A stretch of DNA of 64,000 nt, taken from the NCBI GenBank assembly GCA_030704615.1, contig CM060731.1:90954001-91018000 (forward strand). The letters run 5' to 3'. The notes under the pieces were generated by a model. That model saw nothing but the letters and a program-made list of their open reading frames with translations, ran no database searches and was not told the origin of the DNA. Shown one piece after another: positions 27,500 to 41,932 of this stretch. The stretch's first letter is position 1, and every line of letters starts with the position of its first letter. The position numbers were made by a program, and so were the translations under genes. This DNA comes from Takakia lepidozioides (Eukaryota > Plantae > Bryophyta).

Positions 27500-30400
27500 A
27501 CAATTAAGGAGTGAAATCATAATTTTGGAACTTGCGGTGTGAGAGATACGAAATTTCAAGTACTTTTGGTAGTGGGAAACTCACGAAAAATAGCAAAATG
27601 GGCTTTCTTGCAACAATTACTAGCCTTTCATTTGTCCTTTGTACACGGGGACATAAGTGTAAATAATTAGGTTTTTTCTTTCAAATATGGCATAAACAAA
27701 ATATTGTTTGTAGGGTCCTTGAGATCTCCCAAACCGCGGGGCTTCTAGCCACGATTTTGGTACTGTTGGAAAGCCCTCAATGAGTAGGGATGCACCGACT
27801 TGGTTTCATAAAATTTGGACCTACAGGCCGAGGTTTGTTTTTAAATGAATAGACTTGATATAATAAAAGAAATATATATACATATTTGAGGGTATTTTTT
27901 AATGATTGAAAAAAGAAATATACATACAGCAGGGTTTTTTTCTTAAAATTATAAATTTCTATACATTTAAAGGAGGGGGTTTTATAATCTTCAAAATGTA
28001 TGTACAGAGGGGGTAATAAATGATCCAAAGACCCGTATACAATATACAGGGGTTTTTTTTTATTAGGCAGGGAACGCACGTGATACGGACATTTTATAAA
28101 GAGTGCACCCCAAGGTGCGGCTGCTGCGGGTGCTTCAAGCGTGCTCCTGGCGTGCTGTCGTGGCTGCCAACAGCACGGGTCCCCGCCGCTGCTGCAGGGC
28201 CTCTCTCCCCCGCTCACCACGACCCTCTCTCTCTTCAGCTCGTTTAGATCCTGCCTGCGCGGCGTTTCTACTACACAGGGGAGAAGAGTTCAGCCCATGC
28301 TTAGGGCAAGAGAGTGTTCAAAAGAAAGAGGAGATGAGGGGACAGGACCTTTGCCCAGAATGGATCCACCATTGCCCATCAAGGAAGTGGATGGCCAAAA
28401 GGATCGTCCTATAGAGCCAGAGAAGGCAGCAGCCTGTTTACCACGTGAGCCAAAAGAGCCCCTGGAAGCCATTGAGAAGAGAGCAAAACACTGAAACGAC
28501 AGACCGCAGGAAGTAAGGAGAAGAACCAAGGGAGACGGGGGGATGACAGGGGGATCGGAGGGAAGGCTGGCAGAGAAGGGAGCGCTGGACCAATGGACTG
28601 ACCCCTTTATGGCAGCACCACGTTTGTGGAAGGGTCCAAGCGAATGGAGGGTAGAGGTGATTGCAAAGGCATGCTATTCAGTGACTGTTCCATAGAATGG
28701 GAATTGATCCTAGCTTGTCAAAGAAATAAGATGTAATCGTGGCAAAAGGATAGCACAAATAAGGCCCAGCACCTTTCTTAATTTTTACTTTGTTTGTACC
28801 AATTTTGTGGTGTGGTCTTAATATTGCATTGTAATATGGTCACTCAGCATACTTTTAAATCTAAGTTGCTTCAACACCATAGTTTGTGGCTATGCAATCG
28901 ACATGCTTCCACATAAAAAGGATGTAGCTTCTCTAGTTTCTACCAAATTGTGGGTGTCAATAGGTGTGTAGAGGCTGAGACAATTGGTGGGCCAGGGCAT
29001 CCTCCACATGGTGTTCACCAGCTCAAGTCTGGTCTGCCACAGCCTCTTACGCAGACACAGGGGAGCTTACACACTTGGGTAGAGACACTCCATCCTGGCA
29101 GCAGCTTATCTCTAGGGTATCAAGCTATTCAGAGTCACTGGTGTAGTTTTAATGGGGCGTTTCCCGGTGAGAAGATGGTTCTGGGACTTAGAACCATTGG
29201 GCTCCTTCCCTTCTCGCTCCTCTCCTCTGTTCTCCCTCTATGTTCCTTAACTGAAGCTATTGTGCGAATGACGGCGGCTCTCTGTTCAAGGAACAAACTT
29301 TATGCTCTCTTTCATTTCTCTCATGCTTGCTCTGACCTCCACCCGGCTACTTCACCCCCCACAGACGCCGCGCAGAGGTTCCCTCTCCCCATTCCTTCTG
29401 ACGATCAGATGTTTTCGCTGGTCTCATTACTCCAACTTTCAACCCCCCTTTTTTGCCGACCTACAGCCCATTGGGGCTTCTCTAACACAACAAGGTCTGA
29501 TCTGCTTCCCCTGACTCCCTCGTTTCACTTGACATTGGGTTTTGCAAATGCTTGGAAGCTTGCCTCTTTTGGCAACAACGCATTGGTTCGCCGCCCACCA
29601 TAATTCCCAATCCCTGATAATGTCAGTTATCGTAAACGCTGTGGTTTCAGAGCTTTGAACATGAGACAACTCCAGCAACATCAGCCGACGGCCTGATTCA
29701 CCTGTCTCTTTCATTTCATAGGCACTAGGGAGCCCTGGTGCAGCATGATCAAGGCGTGTCATGGGTCCAGGGTTCATGATAGACATGCCCGTCCGCATCT
29801 CATGGCGAATGCCTCCAGCTGTGCCATTGTCTCCCGCATCTCCTTGTGCACCTATTTGAAGGGTTGGTAGTTTAGCACATCTCCTCTTTCAAACAATTTG
29901 CCTTGGATTGCAAGAAGTTGAAATTGCATTTGAGTACTGAAGATAACCTGCTGGGATTCATGATAAGCTTACTTGAGATTAATTCATGCCGCTAAAGCAA
30001 CGTTGCAAAACCATCCCCCACCCTTGTCTCTTCTGCAAGGGAACGAAAAACCCCAATCACAACCTTAGCAAAGGAAAAAAAATCCTTCTTTTCCTTTTTT
30101 TTTTTTTTTCTGTGTTTTTTATTTGTGTGTGTGCATTCCGTTAAAAACCTTGGGCACAAAGAGACCAATATAGAAGGAAAATCTAAATTTACAAGAAATA
30201 AGCTCTGGAATCCAAACCATATGCCCCTAGGGAAAGAAAATTTATATGCTCCAGGAACAGAAGAGAGGTGCGAACAGTTTCACAATCACACACCGTATTG
30301 ATCTCGGATCGTTGCAAAATGGGATCAAGCTGCCCACGAGCACTTTGAATGTAGCCCACGGCCTTTCCTGTCAGCCTTCCTGTTGCTCTCCCAATTATTA

Positions 30401-33400
30401 CTATGTCTTTGGGTCCTGCGCAATCAGAGTTTGTTTAGAACCCAGACTTCAGAGACATCTATTAACATAAATGTATAACTCACACTGCAATTCAAAAGCA
30501 AAAGATACAGCGATGCTCCAAAGTACTGAAATCATTTGCAAAGCAACAATTTATGGCTACCATTTGTCGTTCCTGGCTAGGGTTTGAGATGTGGGCATAG
30601 GGAAGTCACCACCTTGTTATTGATTGATAGTAATGGTTTGCTATTCCTCACAGCTGAATGCCAACGTTAACACGCAAAGCGTAACATATGGAGCCACTAA
30701 TCATCATAACTTCAATACATTTTGGACTTTCTCTATGCCAACTACCCAGGGGGTCCTGCTTGCTGGATGGGGCACAAACGTAGCCATGGTATAGCTCAAG
30801 CGCCAAGCACCTGATACCTACTGCAAGTGCGAGAAACCCCTTACAGGCTTCTTCAAAGAACTTACTAAACCTATGAAGGGAAAGAACAAAACATTATAAT
30901 GGGTACTTAGTCCTCTGATACTCCTTCCCCCCGCCCAACTCTTTCGCTTACTCCACAGTATCCGCTGGCACACTCCATTTTTTGCTCTTCCCGACCCTCC
31001 GCCTTCGTGTTCCGCTGCCGAGCTTCGTCACCAACCAGTTCGTTCCCATCCAATCCATCAGGTGTGATACCTATAAGATTCTCTTATGCATCATAACTTG
31101 CCAAGTTCAAGAAAAAGAGAAGCGGAACTATCGCAATCGCAACTTTGAAAAAAGAGGGACAGACACTACCCATGAGAGCGAAAAATCAATTTGGGGAAAA
31201 AGAGACAGGTTTAGGAATTGCTAGACTACCTCTAGTGGAGCCCAAGGGTGGCCTACCTCACTCATGGGTATCTTCTGATAGCAACACTTCTTGCTTAGCA
31301 AGGAAGCTCTTGCAACCAAAAAGTGTTTTTTCTACTGTGGTTGAGGAGCTTCTTTTTTCTAGGAAGTAATATCAACTTTATTTTGTTTTGAAAGTTCACC
31401 TTAGCTGGTATCCTTTACATCTACGTGAGAATGGTTCTGAATCTTTGAGATCTTTTGTACTCTTTTTTCCTCCCCTTATATGAGTAATGAGAGAGCAGTG
31501 TGAGTTCTTGATGGTCTTTTTGCTTGCAAGACTATGATGCAAATGCAGGAACTGCAAAGAACTTCCACGCTTGAGGTCAAATCTGCACTTAAATCGATGC
31601 CTCAGAGACCTCTGGAACCCAGGGATCACGGCCAGCCTAGGCCCAGCATCCAACAGGCGCCCGGTTCCAAAGCTGGAGCCCTTAGTCTTATTTTTATCTG
31701 AGATCCCCGGCGTGAGAAAGATGGAGATGTGCAACCATCACGGCTGGAACACCGCAACACAGCACAACGCCCTTCATGTGCCCCCTACCGTGAGGGCCCC
31801 TCCCCCACTCCAGGAAAGAAATCATTGCAACAATCAGCGATCATGGAGCCCGTTTGGCAGCGATCAAGACTATGTATACGGACGAAGACCAACACCCCCC
31901 CCCCCCCCACCCTGTTTTGGAGGCCTCACCCCTGTGGGGGCCTTTTGACTGGTGCATTCGCTGCTAAAATTACTCGCAAGGGGTGTCAGCTGGGGCGAGC
32001 TACTCATCCTACCTCCCGCCGCAACACCTACCTTCGACCCCTTGTCTCCAGGGAGCACTCTCACCCCTCCTCATCATTTTCCTGTAATCCTTCCTTATGC
32101 AATAGCCTATGTTATGTGTTCTGTATGCATCCGATGCTGCCCTTTTCTAAAGCTCCCTGACACAGTACTGTATCCGTCCCTGACCAGCACCCCTCTATGT
32201 TCCCAACCCAGCCCCACCTGTACATCTTACCTACTGCTTTGTTACTTCTCTCCACCCCCAAGAGACGCGTTATGTACTTTGCCCCCCATCCCTCCTGTCA
32301 TACTGAGCCCGCCATGGCCCTTATCTGTACACTCAACGTACCCCCTCCCTCTCGTCTTTCTAGACTTCAAATGAGTACCAGACACTGCAAGCCCACCGAA
32401 CATCATTATAGATTGCCTAATGCTGTCTCTTATCGCCCCTCCATCTCTCCTCACCCTACTGTCACCATCCACCGAATACTGGACACCATGCATATACCCC
32501 ACCCACCCCCCACCCTGTCACAGTCCCACCACACTGATATAAGTGCACCCCCTCCCCATGTTGTCTCACTATTCCCACCCCCCTCCACCCCTGTCTGACC
32601 TCAATTCACTGAAACAGACCAGACCCACTCCCAAATGCTTGCCCACGACACAGCACATTGCCCCCTTTATCCTCTCTCACACCCCATACTCTAACCCCCC
32701 TTCGTTGCCTCTCTGTGTTACAGATCCAAACCAAGCTCACACGGCCCACCGCATGACAAGCAACAAAGCGTTAACAGTTGGAACAGCTCATTCGCATGAC
32801 CAACTATGGTCTGAATGTCATATCTAGGAGGCTTGCTACACTGTGTATATGAAATTTACATCAAAGTTATCTCTTTATATCAGCTCCTGAGCTGTTCTCA
32901 CTTTTCTATTTTACATACCAGCTCCCTGAGCTGCAACAAATTTCTCTCATCTACCTCCAGCTCCCTGAGCTGGGTACTATCCTACTCAAGCACCACCAGC
33001 CCCCTGGGCTGCTCTCTACTTCACAAAGCAAATGCCAAACCTCTACTGGCACATATTGGGCCACAACAAAATCTTCAGCCCCCCAGTGGCCTCCCAAATC
33101 TACTCACTCATTACATGCCCCATGGGCAACTCTCACCTCTCTATATCACCATGACCAAGACACTGATTACTACCAACCAACGTGCCAAAATTCCACTACA
33201 ACAGCATGCATGGATGTACACATCCGTCAACCAATGTGCCAAAATCCCACTAAAACATCATGCAGGGATGTACACACCTGTTTGCGGGACATACCCCAAC
33301 CCACACACTTATGCCCCAATATCCAATGTTCATAAAATTACAACTCGCTGCCAGTTTATACGTGCATACAATCCAATTCATCCCCTTGACATATCATGTG

Positions 33401-34343
33401 TGATCAGGCATACTGATCCATCTCAATCTCCTAAACCTGTCCCCCGCACTCAAATAAATCTCCCAAGTCATATGCTCCCGCAGCCTGCACCCCCCCTCCC
33501 CCCAGCACCAGCCACCTCCCCTGCAATATACGTCCCTACCCCACCCATCAGCACCCCCCCCCCAAACCCATCATCCACCTCCAAAGCTACCACACGACTC
33601 TGCCGCCACAAAAACGAACACACCTCGGATACCAGCAACCTGCATTCACCTCAAACCACCCCGCCCCGTCAAAATCAATCAAAACATTCACCACTTGTAT
33701 TACGATATCTGCACACTCCCCAACACCCCACAACCCCGAATTATCAACAACAGACAACCTTACTGCCACACAGTATCATACACCAATGCAACCAGCCCCC
33801 CTATGCCCTTACCTTGTCCCCTCACAAATACATACAGACAACCTCCCTTTATTACACCTCTCATGAACTTAATCAAACAGTTTAATGCAACCCCCTTGCC
33901 CAGCACAACCCACCCTCTCATCCCTCCACAAGCCCCTTTCTTTCCCGTGTCCCAAGTAAGCTCTACCAACACTTGGTGGCGATCTGCCTTAGCCCCTGCA
34001 AGTAAATTATCAGAGCTGGTCTCACAGAACGCGAGCATTCGGAATACCTCGATCGTGATGTCACCCATGGAGGCCGCCATTCTGGCACAAACACATAATG
34101 GCCACCATAAATGCACCCCAATACCACAGCCGTCACCCAAACTACTCCGCTCCCGCCATATCCAGAAGAACGAAGACACTGCCCACCATAGTAAGGGTCC
34201 CCGCTACACTCCAACACCTCTGTCGCCGCTCCTGTTTTTGCCATAGTTTCAAGACCCCTCTCCACCTCTCCCACTCACTGTGCTTTACTTGTCATTGCCT
34301 TCTTCCTCCCTCCACACCTCTCCTACCCAAGACCCACGTACGC

Positions 34344-36470
34344 ATGTCTAGTTCAAAGGCAGGGAGAATTCAAAAACTGGCAGGAAGCATACACAAACAA
34401 CCTAGGTCCAAAGCCAGCATCACCACTCGTAGCAAAACGGCCAACGAGCGTCCGCGCCCCACCCCCAAGATCTCTACAAGGAATCAACAAATGGAAGGTG
34501 ACGAGGATATGGAGCAGCTCCCCACTGGAGCCACTGACGTCAGCGACATGCACTCCTCCGATGAGCTCTTGTTTACGCAAAGCCCCCCAAAGGCGCACGC
34601 CCAAGGCACGCCCAATAAGGATGGCACTGCACCTCCACCGACGGCATCACGATGCGGCGAACCCCCCCGCCCACAACGCTCTCATCCCCTGTGGACGTGA
34701 TGACGCTCAACATACGTTCAAAGCGCCAGTCGGATGCCCTCAACAGTGAAACGAACAGCAGTCACTCCGACCCCAAAAAATCAAGAGGCCTCCACACGCA
34801 AGATCAACCTCAAGGCATGGGACTTCAAGCATACCAGGTCTCCCCCAACTCTGGTTGGTATACAAAGTGCTCGAACAACAGGCCATTGAATCGCAGCTCC
34901 CTATCATCGAAGAAGAACGCTCGGGATTCAAGCTCCAGCGCCTGGGTCTCAACACCCCTGAAATCTACGACTTACAGAATTGCCCGAAGGCGTTCCCACA
35001 TGTCCCACAGCGCCTGTTTCCCGCAACCAGACCAGACGGACAAGAAGGCCAATTCTACCCTCTCACCCAGTTACCAAAGGGCACAGAAATTGACCCAGCT
35101 TCTGGGATTTCAGCAGCCCCCCGCACATCCTGATACGTTTTGACACCGACTTCGAGATGCCCAAAGAACAAGCTCTACTGAGAGCTCGCAAGCGGTTTGA
35201 ATCTATGAACATCCCACTCGGGACTAGGATGTACTCACCCATCACGGCATACTCTAAGCATGGGAGCTCGACGTGGATTGGCCTCCTCAAGGTGGAGTTA
35301 CTCCACCCGGCCACAGATGGCCTTGCCCTCTCAAAAGGCCCACCGCGCATTTGTTCTTAACATGGCCTCCGGCATGCCCAAGCAAGGGAAGGTCGAAAAG
35401 GCATTTGACCTCTCAGCGTCCACGGACTACCTCTCACTGTACCTGGCAAGCGAAGTCCTTCTAGGAACGATCGGCAGCAAGCTCACCAGGCAACTGGTCA
35501 CAGAAACATACTTACACAACGACGAATTTGAAATCATACATGTCGCCAAGACAGGACCAGACACAAAATTCTGCTTCATTCACCTAGCTACGGAAGACAC
35601 CAAAACACGAATGCTTGCCCATGGGGTACGCATCAAGCACATGCTCATCAAGCCCCAGCTTCGCACAAGACGAACAAGTATGACCGGCATTTCCGCCACC
35701 CCACAAGAAATCTTTGCGGAGAGGGATGCCCTCACCCTGGTGGTGAAGAACCTCAACCCACTGCATCCACAAGTAGAGACAGAAGCAGCAATTCGCAAGC
35801 TGATGGACGACAACGTTGAAAGCCTGCACTTCAACAAGATTGCCAGAACTGAGAAAGTTCGCCACAATGGTATGATCCTTATCACTTGCAAAAATCCGAG
35901 CATTTACACTCAGTGGAGCAATAGACCCCCCACCCTTGTAATTGACAGGCTGGTGTGTTTTGAAGGCCACACACTCGCAGCTTAAATGGCTCGGAGCCAC
36001 CTGCGGCCGAAATTCTAGAAAGGCTACGAGTGGCCAATATAAATCAAGCCCTGGCAGACACCATCAAATCGATCACCATCAAACCGGATACAAAATTCAA
36101 AGGAGGCCATGACTCCATGCTGACGGAGATCGACAGGCGGCTCGCTGCCCATGCCATCTCCATCAAATCTGACATCAAGCAAGACATTGCAGCCATGGAG
36201 ACCAGGGTTGCCATCACCATGACTGCCCAACAGGAATCGCACCGTGACTACCTGGTAAAGCTCCAAGACTCTATTACCAAGAACATGGCAGTCAATTTGG
36301 CAAGCTTCTATGAACACGCCAACAAATATCAGAGCAACTTCCACTACCCCCGGGCCTTCCTTCTCAGACGACAGGGCTCCAAGCCCTTGGCAATGCCGTA
36401 TCTACGCACGTCAACGGCAACAAGTCTACAGCGAATATCAAACTGCCACCGATTACCCCTGCGACGGCCG
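34344..36470 (+). pseudogene. Frameshifted RRM + coiled-coil protein, probably ORF1 of a LINE-like element (C-rich leader from about 31900)
   Basis: Consecutive overlapping ORFs 34098-34700, 34855-35133, 35157-35360, 35260-35985, 36030-. RNP-like KFCFIHLATED, LTLVVKNLNP and HNGMILITC; heptad-rich SIKSDIKQDIAAMETRV..YLVKLQDSI. Intronless, with C/A-biased strand like 1-600. Confidence 0.5.
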
Positions 36471-36689
36471 GTTCGTCGCACGGAGGCGCCGCGCCCTTTT
36501 TTTTTTTTTGCCTCGGTGCTTGAAGCACCTCCTTCCCCTCCCATTTTCGTTTGTTCTTTGGGAGAGAGGAAGTTGAGAGAGTGGGGTTTAGGGTGGAGGA
36601 GAAAGGCACCTGCTGCTGAGCCTGAGGTGGTCGCAAGGCCCCAAGGAGTTCGCCCAAGGAGTTCGCCCCAAGGTAAGCACCACCTCCCC

Positions 36690-38550
36690 CCTCATGCAGT
36701 TGGAGAAACTGCATCACCTCTCAACGGCATGTATGGAGGCGAAAGAGAAGGTGAGGTTTCAATGGGACGAGGCATTGGCCCCAACTTCAACATCTCAGGA
36801 AATAATTTCTCTTAACATGGACAAACTAGCTGCGCAATCTAAAATTCTCTCAACAGGGCATCCTCATTTACACTGGCAAGGCTCGTCCTCGTATTTGGGT
36901 CAGACGTTGGGTTTTGCAACACCTCGGGTCAGAAGGTGGTCTCTCACAACACTTTTGTCTCACCATGGGAAGGGGCTTCTATGCCATTCTTTTCATATCA
37001 CAATCGGAAGCAGACAAATCTCTCAAATTCAAAACTGCACGTTTTAGCATCAGGTTGCACATTTTCCCCTGGAATCATGACTGGGGCCATAAGGAAGGTA
37101 CTTCACATGGAAACCTCGTGTCATCGCCATCCCCTTCCTTCCTGGGAACTACATCTCTTCTCTCCCTGAAATTGGTGTCAGTTTTGGAACCTACATTGGT
37201 ACCATTAACGTATACGAGCCATCAAGATGAACTTCAGTCGTGACAGCGGGGTCCCCAAAATTGTGGTGTTAATGAAGTACTCTGTGTCCATTGGGAAATC
37301 TCTCAAGCTCCCTACTCTCGATAGCTCATTCATTGTCGTGGCTATTATGGAGGAAGTCCAGACTATTATCTGCTATGCTTGCAACGGCGAGGGCCATATG
37401 AAATCCGAATGCCCTTTTCTCGATGTCAAAAAACCATCTGCCTTGGAGGAGATCTCTGGGTCTATCAAGAACACACAACAAGTTCCTGACTCCATAAATC
37501 TAAAATCTAGCCCCTCCAAGCCAATAGGGGTCCCTCAGCCAACAATGGAGGGCCCTATGCGGTCTTCCTCATCTCGATCCCGTGTCAATCACTCTAGTTC
37601 TTCTCCTTGTAAACGGAAACGCTCGGTTATTGTTGAAGCCCCTAAAGCCCCTCGCTTTTGTCCCAGTATTCGTTTGATCATATCATTTTCCAATCTTGGG
37701 CCTCCTTTCCCTATCCTAATTCCACCCCTAACCTTGCTTCCTCCATTCTCAAACTCCACTCCTTATCTACTCTCCCTATTCAGGGTTGGACTCCCGACTC
37801 TTTATTGTCTTAGGACCAAGCTGTCATTTGTGTCTCCCAGGTTGTCATCTACGAATTCCACGATGATACGTTGGTCATTTCCCTCACTATGGAGGTGGTG
37901 GCCTCCTCTCAGCATGGGTCTCAGATGAAGAAGCAAAGGATTTCTCCATAGGTCAGGAACTTTATCTTATTCTCAAACTTGAGATCTCCCCTTTTCTGAC
38001 TGGGGGATGAAGGACTGAAACTGGGTTGAGAAGAGTTACTTGTCTTGACGAGTGAATGACCCCTGCGTCTATGCCAAATGTGCGGCCATCTTTGAGGAGG
38101 TGCGGAAAATGGCGGATGTGCTCCTGAAGAATGCTTCCTTACCTACCAAAGATGTTGTGGAGAAAATGCTACTCGACTCTCCGCTGGTCTCCGGCTTCCG
38201 CCCTGCTTCGCCTGTCTGCCCCCCAGACCCTTCCCTCACCTTCGCTTTGCCTGAGGAAACCGTGGACTCCCCCTCGGTAAGCATGTCCCCTCATGCTTAC
38301 TCCCCTCCTTCATTTTGTCGTCCTCTGCTTGTTTATTCTGTTGGCTTCGGGGGCTTAGGGCTGGGTGGTCGGCTCTCCCACATATGGTCTCCTCCTTGGT
38401 GTGACGTTCACGTTGAAGTCCCCATGCCTTTCTTCTTTTTATATTGCAACTATAGCATCAGACGTCGCCTCCCCATCCAGTGGGATCTACCCCTATATTT
38501 TTTCTTGTCCTTAAGGTTTTCTCCTCTGTGTCACTTTCTTCCTTCCTAGT
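36690..38550 (+). mobile_element. Degenerate L1-clade LINE ORF1 (DUF4283-like + CCHC zinc knuckle)
   Basis: MGRGFYAILFISQSEA..LHIFPWNHDW (DUF4283-like) and CYACNGEGHMKSECP (CX2CX4HX4C); fragmented frames. Confidence 0.65.
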
Positions 38551-38899
38551 GAATGTTCTCTATTTCTTGAGCAAGAGTGTAAGCCCAAGAGGAGGGTGCG
38601 GACCGTTTGCTGTTGTGGCTTCCACCAGAGCCACTGCAGCAAATTGTCGAAAAGCACAATACTACATGGTGCATTGATCCACTTGGATTGATGTCGTAGT
38701 GTTGGGCCATCGCATTCTGTTCTAACTTCTATTGCTCTTGACAAATTTACCAAGTACATTAGTGTTCTTCGTTCAACCTTAAGTCTGTGGCTATTTTGAT
38801 GGTACGATACCCCATTTATATTACCAAGGGTGTGCTGCTCATATCTTTGATCTCCTTTTGGAGGATTGGGGAAAAGAATCGTGGATAAAAACAACTAGT

Positions 38900-40866
38900 A
38901 AAAAGGGCAAAGTCGGTTGTGACGTTCATTTATACACATCACATCCCTCTAGCATTGTTTAGAAAGCATGAACCCAAATACAGCCTTAGGAACCCGGGTG
39001 AAACCTGCTTTGCCACAAACTTTTTGATGGTGGATCGACTGGTGACTGTGAGGGCGGGTCTGGAGCAGGTGATCATTGACCCTCAATGGGATGCGTATGT
39101 GGGCACCTTACGCTACTCTCGTAAGTCCAAGTCTTTGAGCAAAAGTCGGAGGGTCCGCGCAATCATTTGCTACGACGATTTCTGGGCGAAATGTGCAAAT
39201 TTTGTGTACATGGTGGAGCTGGTGTTGACTGCTTTGCGGGAGTTTGATGGAAAACAACCAATAATGGATAAAGCATGGTTGATATTGGAAAACCTTGAGA
39301 AGCACGTGCAATCCTTGAGGCGTCCTCCATTTTTTATGGACGATGATTTGGCGGCAAGGACCGATGATGCATTTTACGACCGCAAACGGATGGTTCGCAC
39401 GGACTTGCATTATGCGGGGGCCTTGCTGAATCCATTCTTGCTGGACAATACGGATTTGAGAGACGATGTAGATGCCAAAGTCGGGCTTGTACGAGTCATC
39501 ATGCAACTCGCGCCCTTGAACATGGCAGAACGAGCTTTGTCCGAGTACCAGTGTTTCTCGGATCGCAAGAATCATTTCCATGACATGTCGGATCCAAAAG
39601 CAATGAACATGTTGTCACATGAATGGTGGGATCTGATTGGAGTTGGAGCAAGAATGTTAGCTCCCATTGCAAAGCGTATTTTTGCTCAAGTGTGCTCTGT
39701 CTCGTCCTGTGAGCGGAACTGGAGCAGTTACTCGTTTGTTCACAACAAGATTCGCAACAGGTTGAATCCTGTTAGGGCTGACAAATTGGTTTATGTCTAC
39801 ACGAATTGTAGGCTACTACGAGAGATGACAGCAAGTGACGCATCTGCATGGTACGAGAAGAATCTGTTGTATGAAGAATCTGCCTCAGAGGTCCAATCTA
39901 ACAGCAATGATGACACCGACGTCACGAGGAATTCCGACTCTGACGGTTGGGATGGGTTCGATGATGTGGACAATCCTCCACATGACCCATATGAATTTAA
40001 TGACGATGATGCTGCAATGCATCCATCCTTCGATGACCTTGTTGTTGATGAACTGCGACATGGTGTCATCACAATTGCGGACCCCTTTCCCCCAGTGGAG
40101 CACACTCTCAACAATGAAGTTGAGGTCAACTCTCCCCCACCACGAGTTCCACGGACTGCGGGGGATGTGCAGGTCGAATCGTCGGATGATGACAACCGGC
40201 TATTGTCATTCATTCACCGACATCGTGCCCCTGTGAACCGTACTTCATCTCATGCCGCTCCATCTCATGTTTCTCTTTCTCAAGCCGGTCACTGGTCCAT
40301 CTAGTCTCTCTCTCCCTCATGTAATTCTTTCCATCGCTACTCCGATCCTGGGAGATGCTTCTTCTGCTGCGGAACTTCTGCAAGTCGAACCATCGGATAA
40401 CGACGACTGACCATTGTCGTTTCATCTGGCCCGACGACGTCCGCATGTGAACCGTGCTCCCTCGACCCTCGCTGGTCCATCTCATGCCCCTTCCTCTCAT
40501 GTCGGCCCCTCTGATGTACGTGCGAGTAGCCTTCCTGATACAAGACCTGCTCCAAGATCACCACAAAATCCGGGACAAGCCCAGAAACGGCAGAGAATTG
40601 TGCAACATTTTGTTGGTGACCGACCTGTGAACAGGCCTGATACCCTAGATAATATTCATGATAGGAGTGGAAATCGACCAGAGAGACAACTGAACGTACT
40701 CCGAGGACGACTACAGGTCCAACGGCCAGTTGCATCTGGAAACGAAAGAACAGATGGAGATCATGATTCTAGCACTGATCATAGGAACGGGGGTGAAGTG
40801 AGTGGGGACGAAGATTTTGTACTAGGCGTGAGATCATACCATCGTCGTCGTGTCAGACGGAACTAG
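38900..40866 (+). mobile_element. hAT transposase, 5'-truncated (C-terminal catalytic and dimerisation region plus low-complexity tail)
   Basis: PGETCFATNFLM, LHYAGALLNP, EWWDLIG, IAKRIFAQVCSVSSCERNWSSYSFVHNKIRNRL..KLVYVYTN are hAT/DUF659-family motifs; N-terminal BED finger absent. Confidence 0.9.
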
Positions 40867-41350
40867 GTACAGCTATAACTTTTGTCACATGATGTGTAGT
40901 ATGTTTCCATGGATGTCCATGTTTCAGTTTGGGTACATGCATACGTGTACGGAAATAAAAATGGTGGAATATGTGTACCCAATAAAGGGTTTGGTGGTTG
41001 TGCATGTGTTTGTGTTTCGTCATTACCTTTACATTGTTGATTTCCTATTATGGTTTCGAAAGCCACAAAGGCCAGATGCAGCTCCCAACATTCATCTTCC
41101 CCTTCACAAATCCATAGGGAGTCGATATATATGTTTTTCATTTGCCTCTCCAAACATACATATAGGTGCAAGAGGACCAACCTCCTGGTGGTCGCACCTA
41201 TTTAAAAGAAAACAATTGTGCGACCACCAGTAGCGGTCGTCGCAACTGTTAAAATAAAATAAAAATGTTGCGACCACCCCCCTGCTGGTAGTCGCACCTA
41301 TTTATTGATTTAATAGGTAGTAAGTTAGTACGTAGTAAGGGGGGTTTCCC

Positions 41351-41416
41351 TTATATAGCCTCTTAGGGCGGTGGGACCCTTCTAGAAGCCCGCCGACCCT
41401 GGGAGCCTTCTAGAAG
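41351..41416 (-). promoter_or_regulatory. TATA box (CTATATAAG on minus) with upstream TTCTAGAA heat-shock-element-like motifs
   Basis: ttatatag 41351-41358; cTTCtaGAAg at 41379 and 41407. Confidence 0.45.
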
Positions 41417-41932
41417 GCCCTGAACACATGTCAACCCTGCAAGACTCCCTATTCTAAATTTAGCCAATTCCTCCATTTTTTTTTTGGATCCCCTCATCTC
41501 ATTCCTTAATACACGTGGCCTTCCTTCATAGGCGCCCCACTCTAATTCCTGGGCCACAGTAATTCCTGGACCACTCTATAATCGGGGCTGAATGAAACTG
41601 CTCTACATATTATTCGCACCTATTTAACAAAAAGAAAAATGGTCCGACCACCCCTCTGCTGGTGGTCGCAGCTATTTAAAAATGGAAAATTCTGCGACCA
41701 CCCCCTTGCTGGTGGTCGCCCCTAAAAAAAAATGGTGCGACCACCCCCCTGCTGGTGGTCGCAGATTTTTATTTTTTTATTTTTTTATTTTATTTTATAT
41801 TTGGGAAACACCTGGGAGCGACAGCTCACAAATCAGGCCCCTTAGTAGTGAGAGGAGAAAATAACCTCTTTCATTTATACGCCAAGAGGCGTAGGAATGG
41901 GGCACCACACACGAACCATACCACACCCATCA

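Larger units (their letters stand above)
1951..28111. mobile_element. Candidate 26 kb DNA element carrying the ParB-methyltransferase gene and the palindromic satellite
   Basis: Left end GGGGTGC (1951-1957), right end GCACCCC (28105-28111), each flanked by AAGG (1947-1950; 28112-28115). Composition changes sharply at both ends. Left subterminal repeats: tgagccc x3 plus an inverted copy, cctatttcc x3. No transposase seen inside. Confidence 0.45.

Noticed and set aside
8022-27559. Short ORFs inside the satellite (MFSSNSVRQRTLFELP...)
   Set aside because: By-products of a 116-bp unit (not a multiple of 3); frames break constantly.
28116-31900. Assorted ORFs and possible LINE remnants (poly-T at about 30095)
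   Set aside because: No diagnostic domain recognisable by eye; left unannotated.
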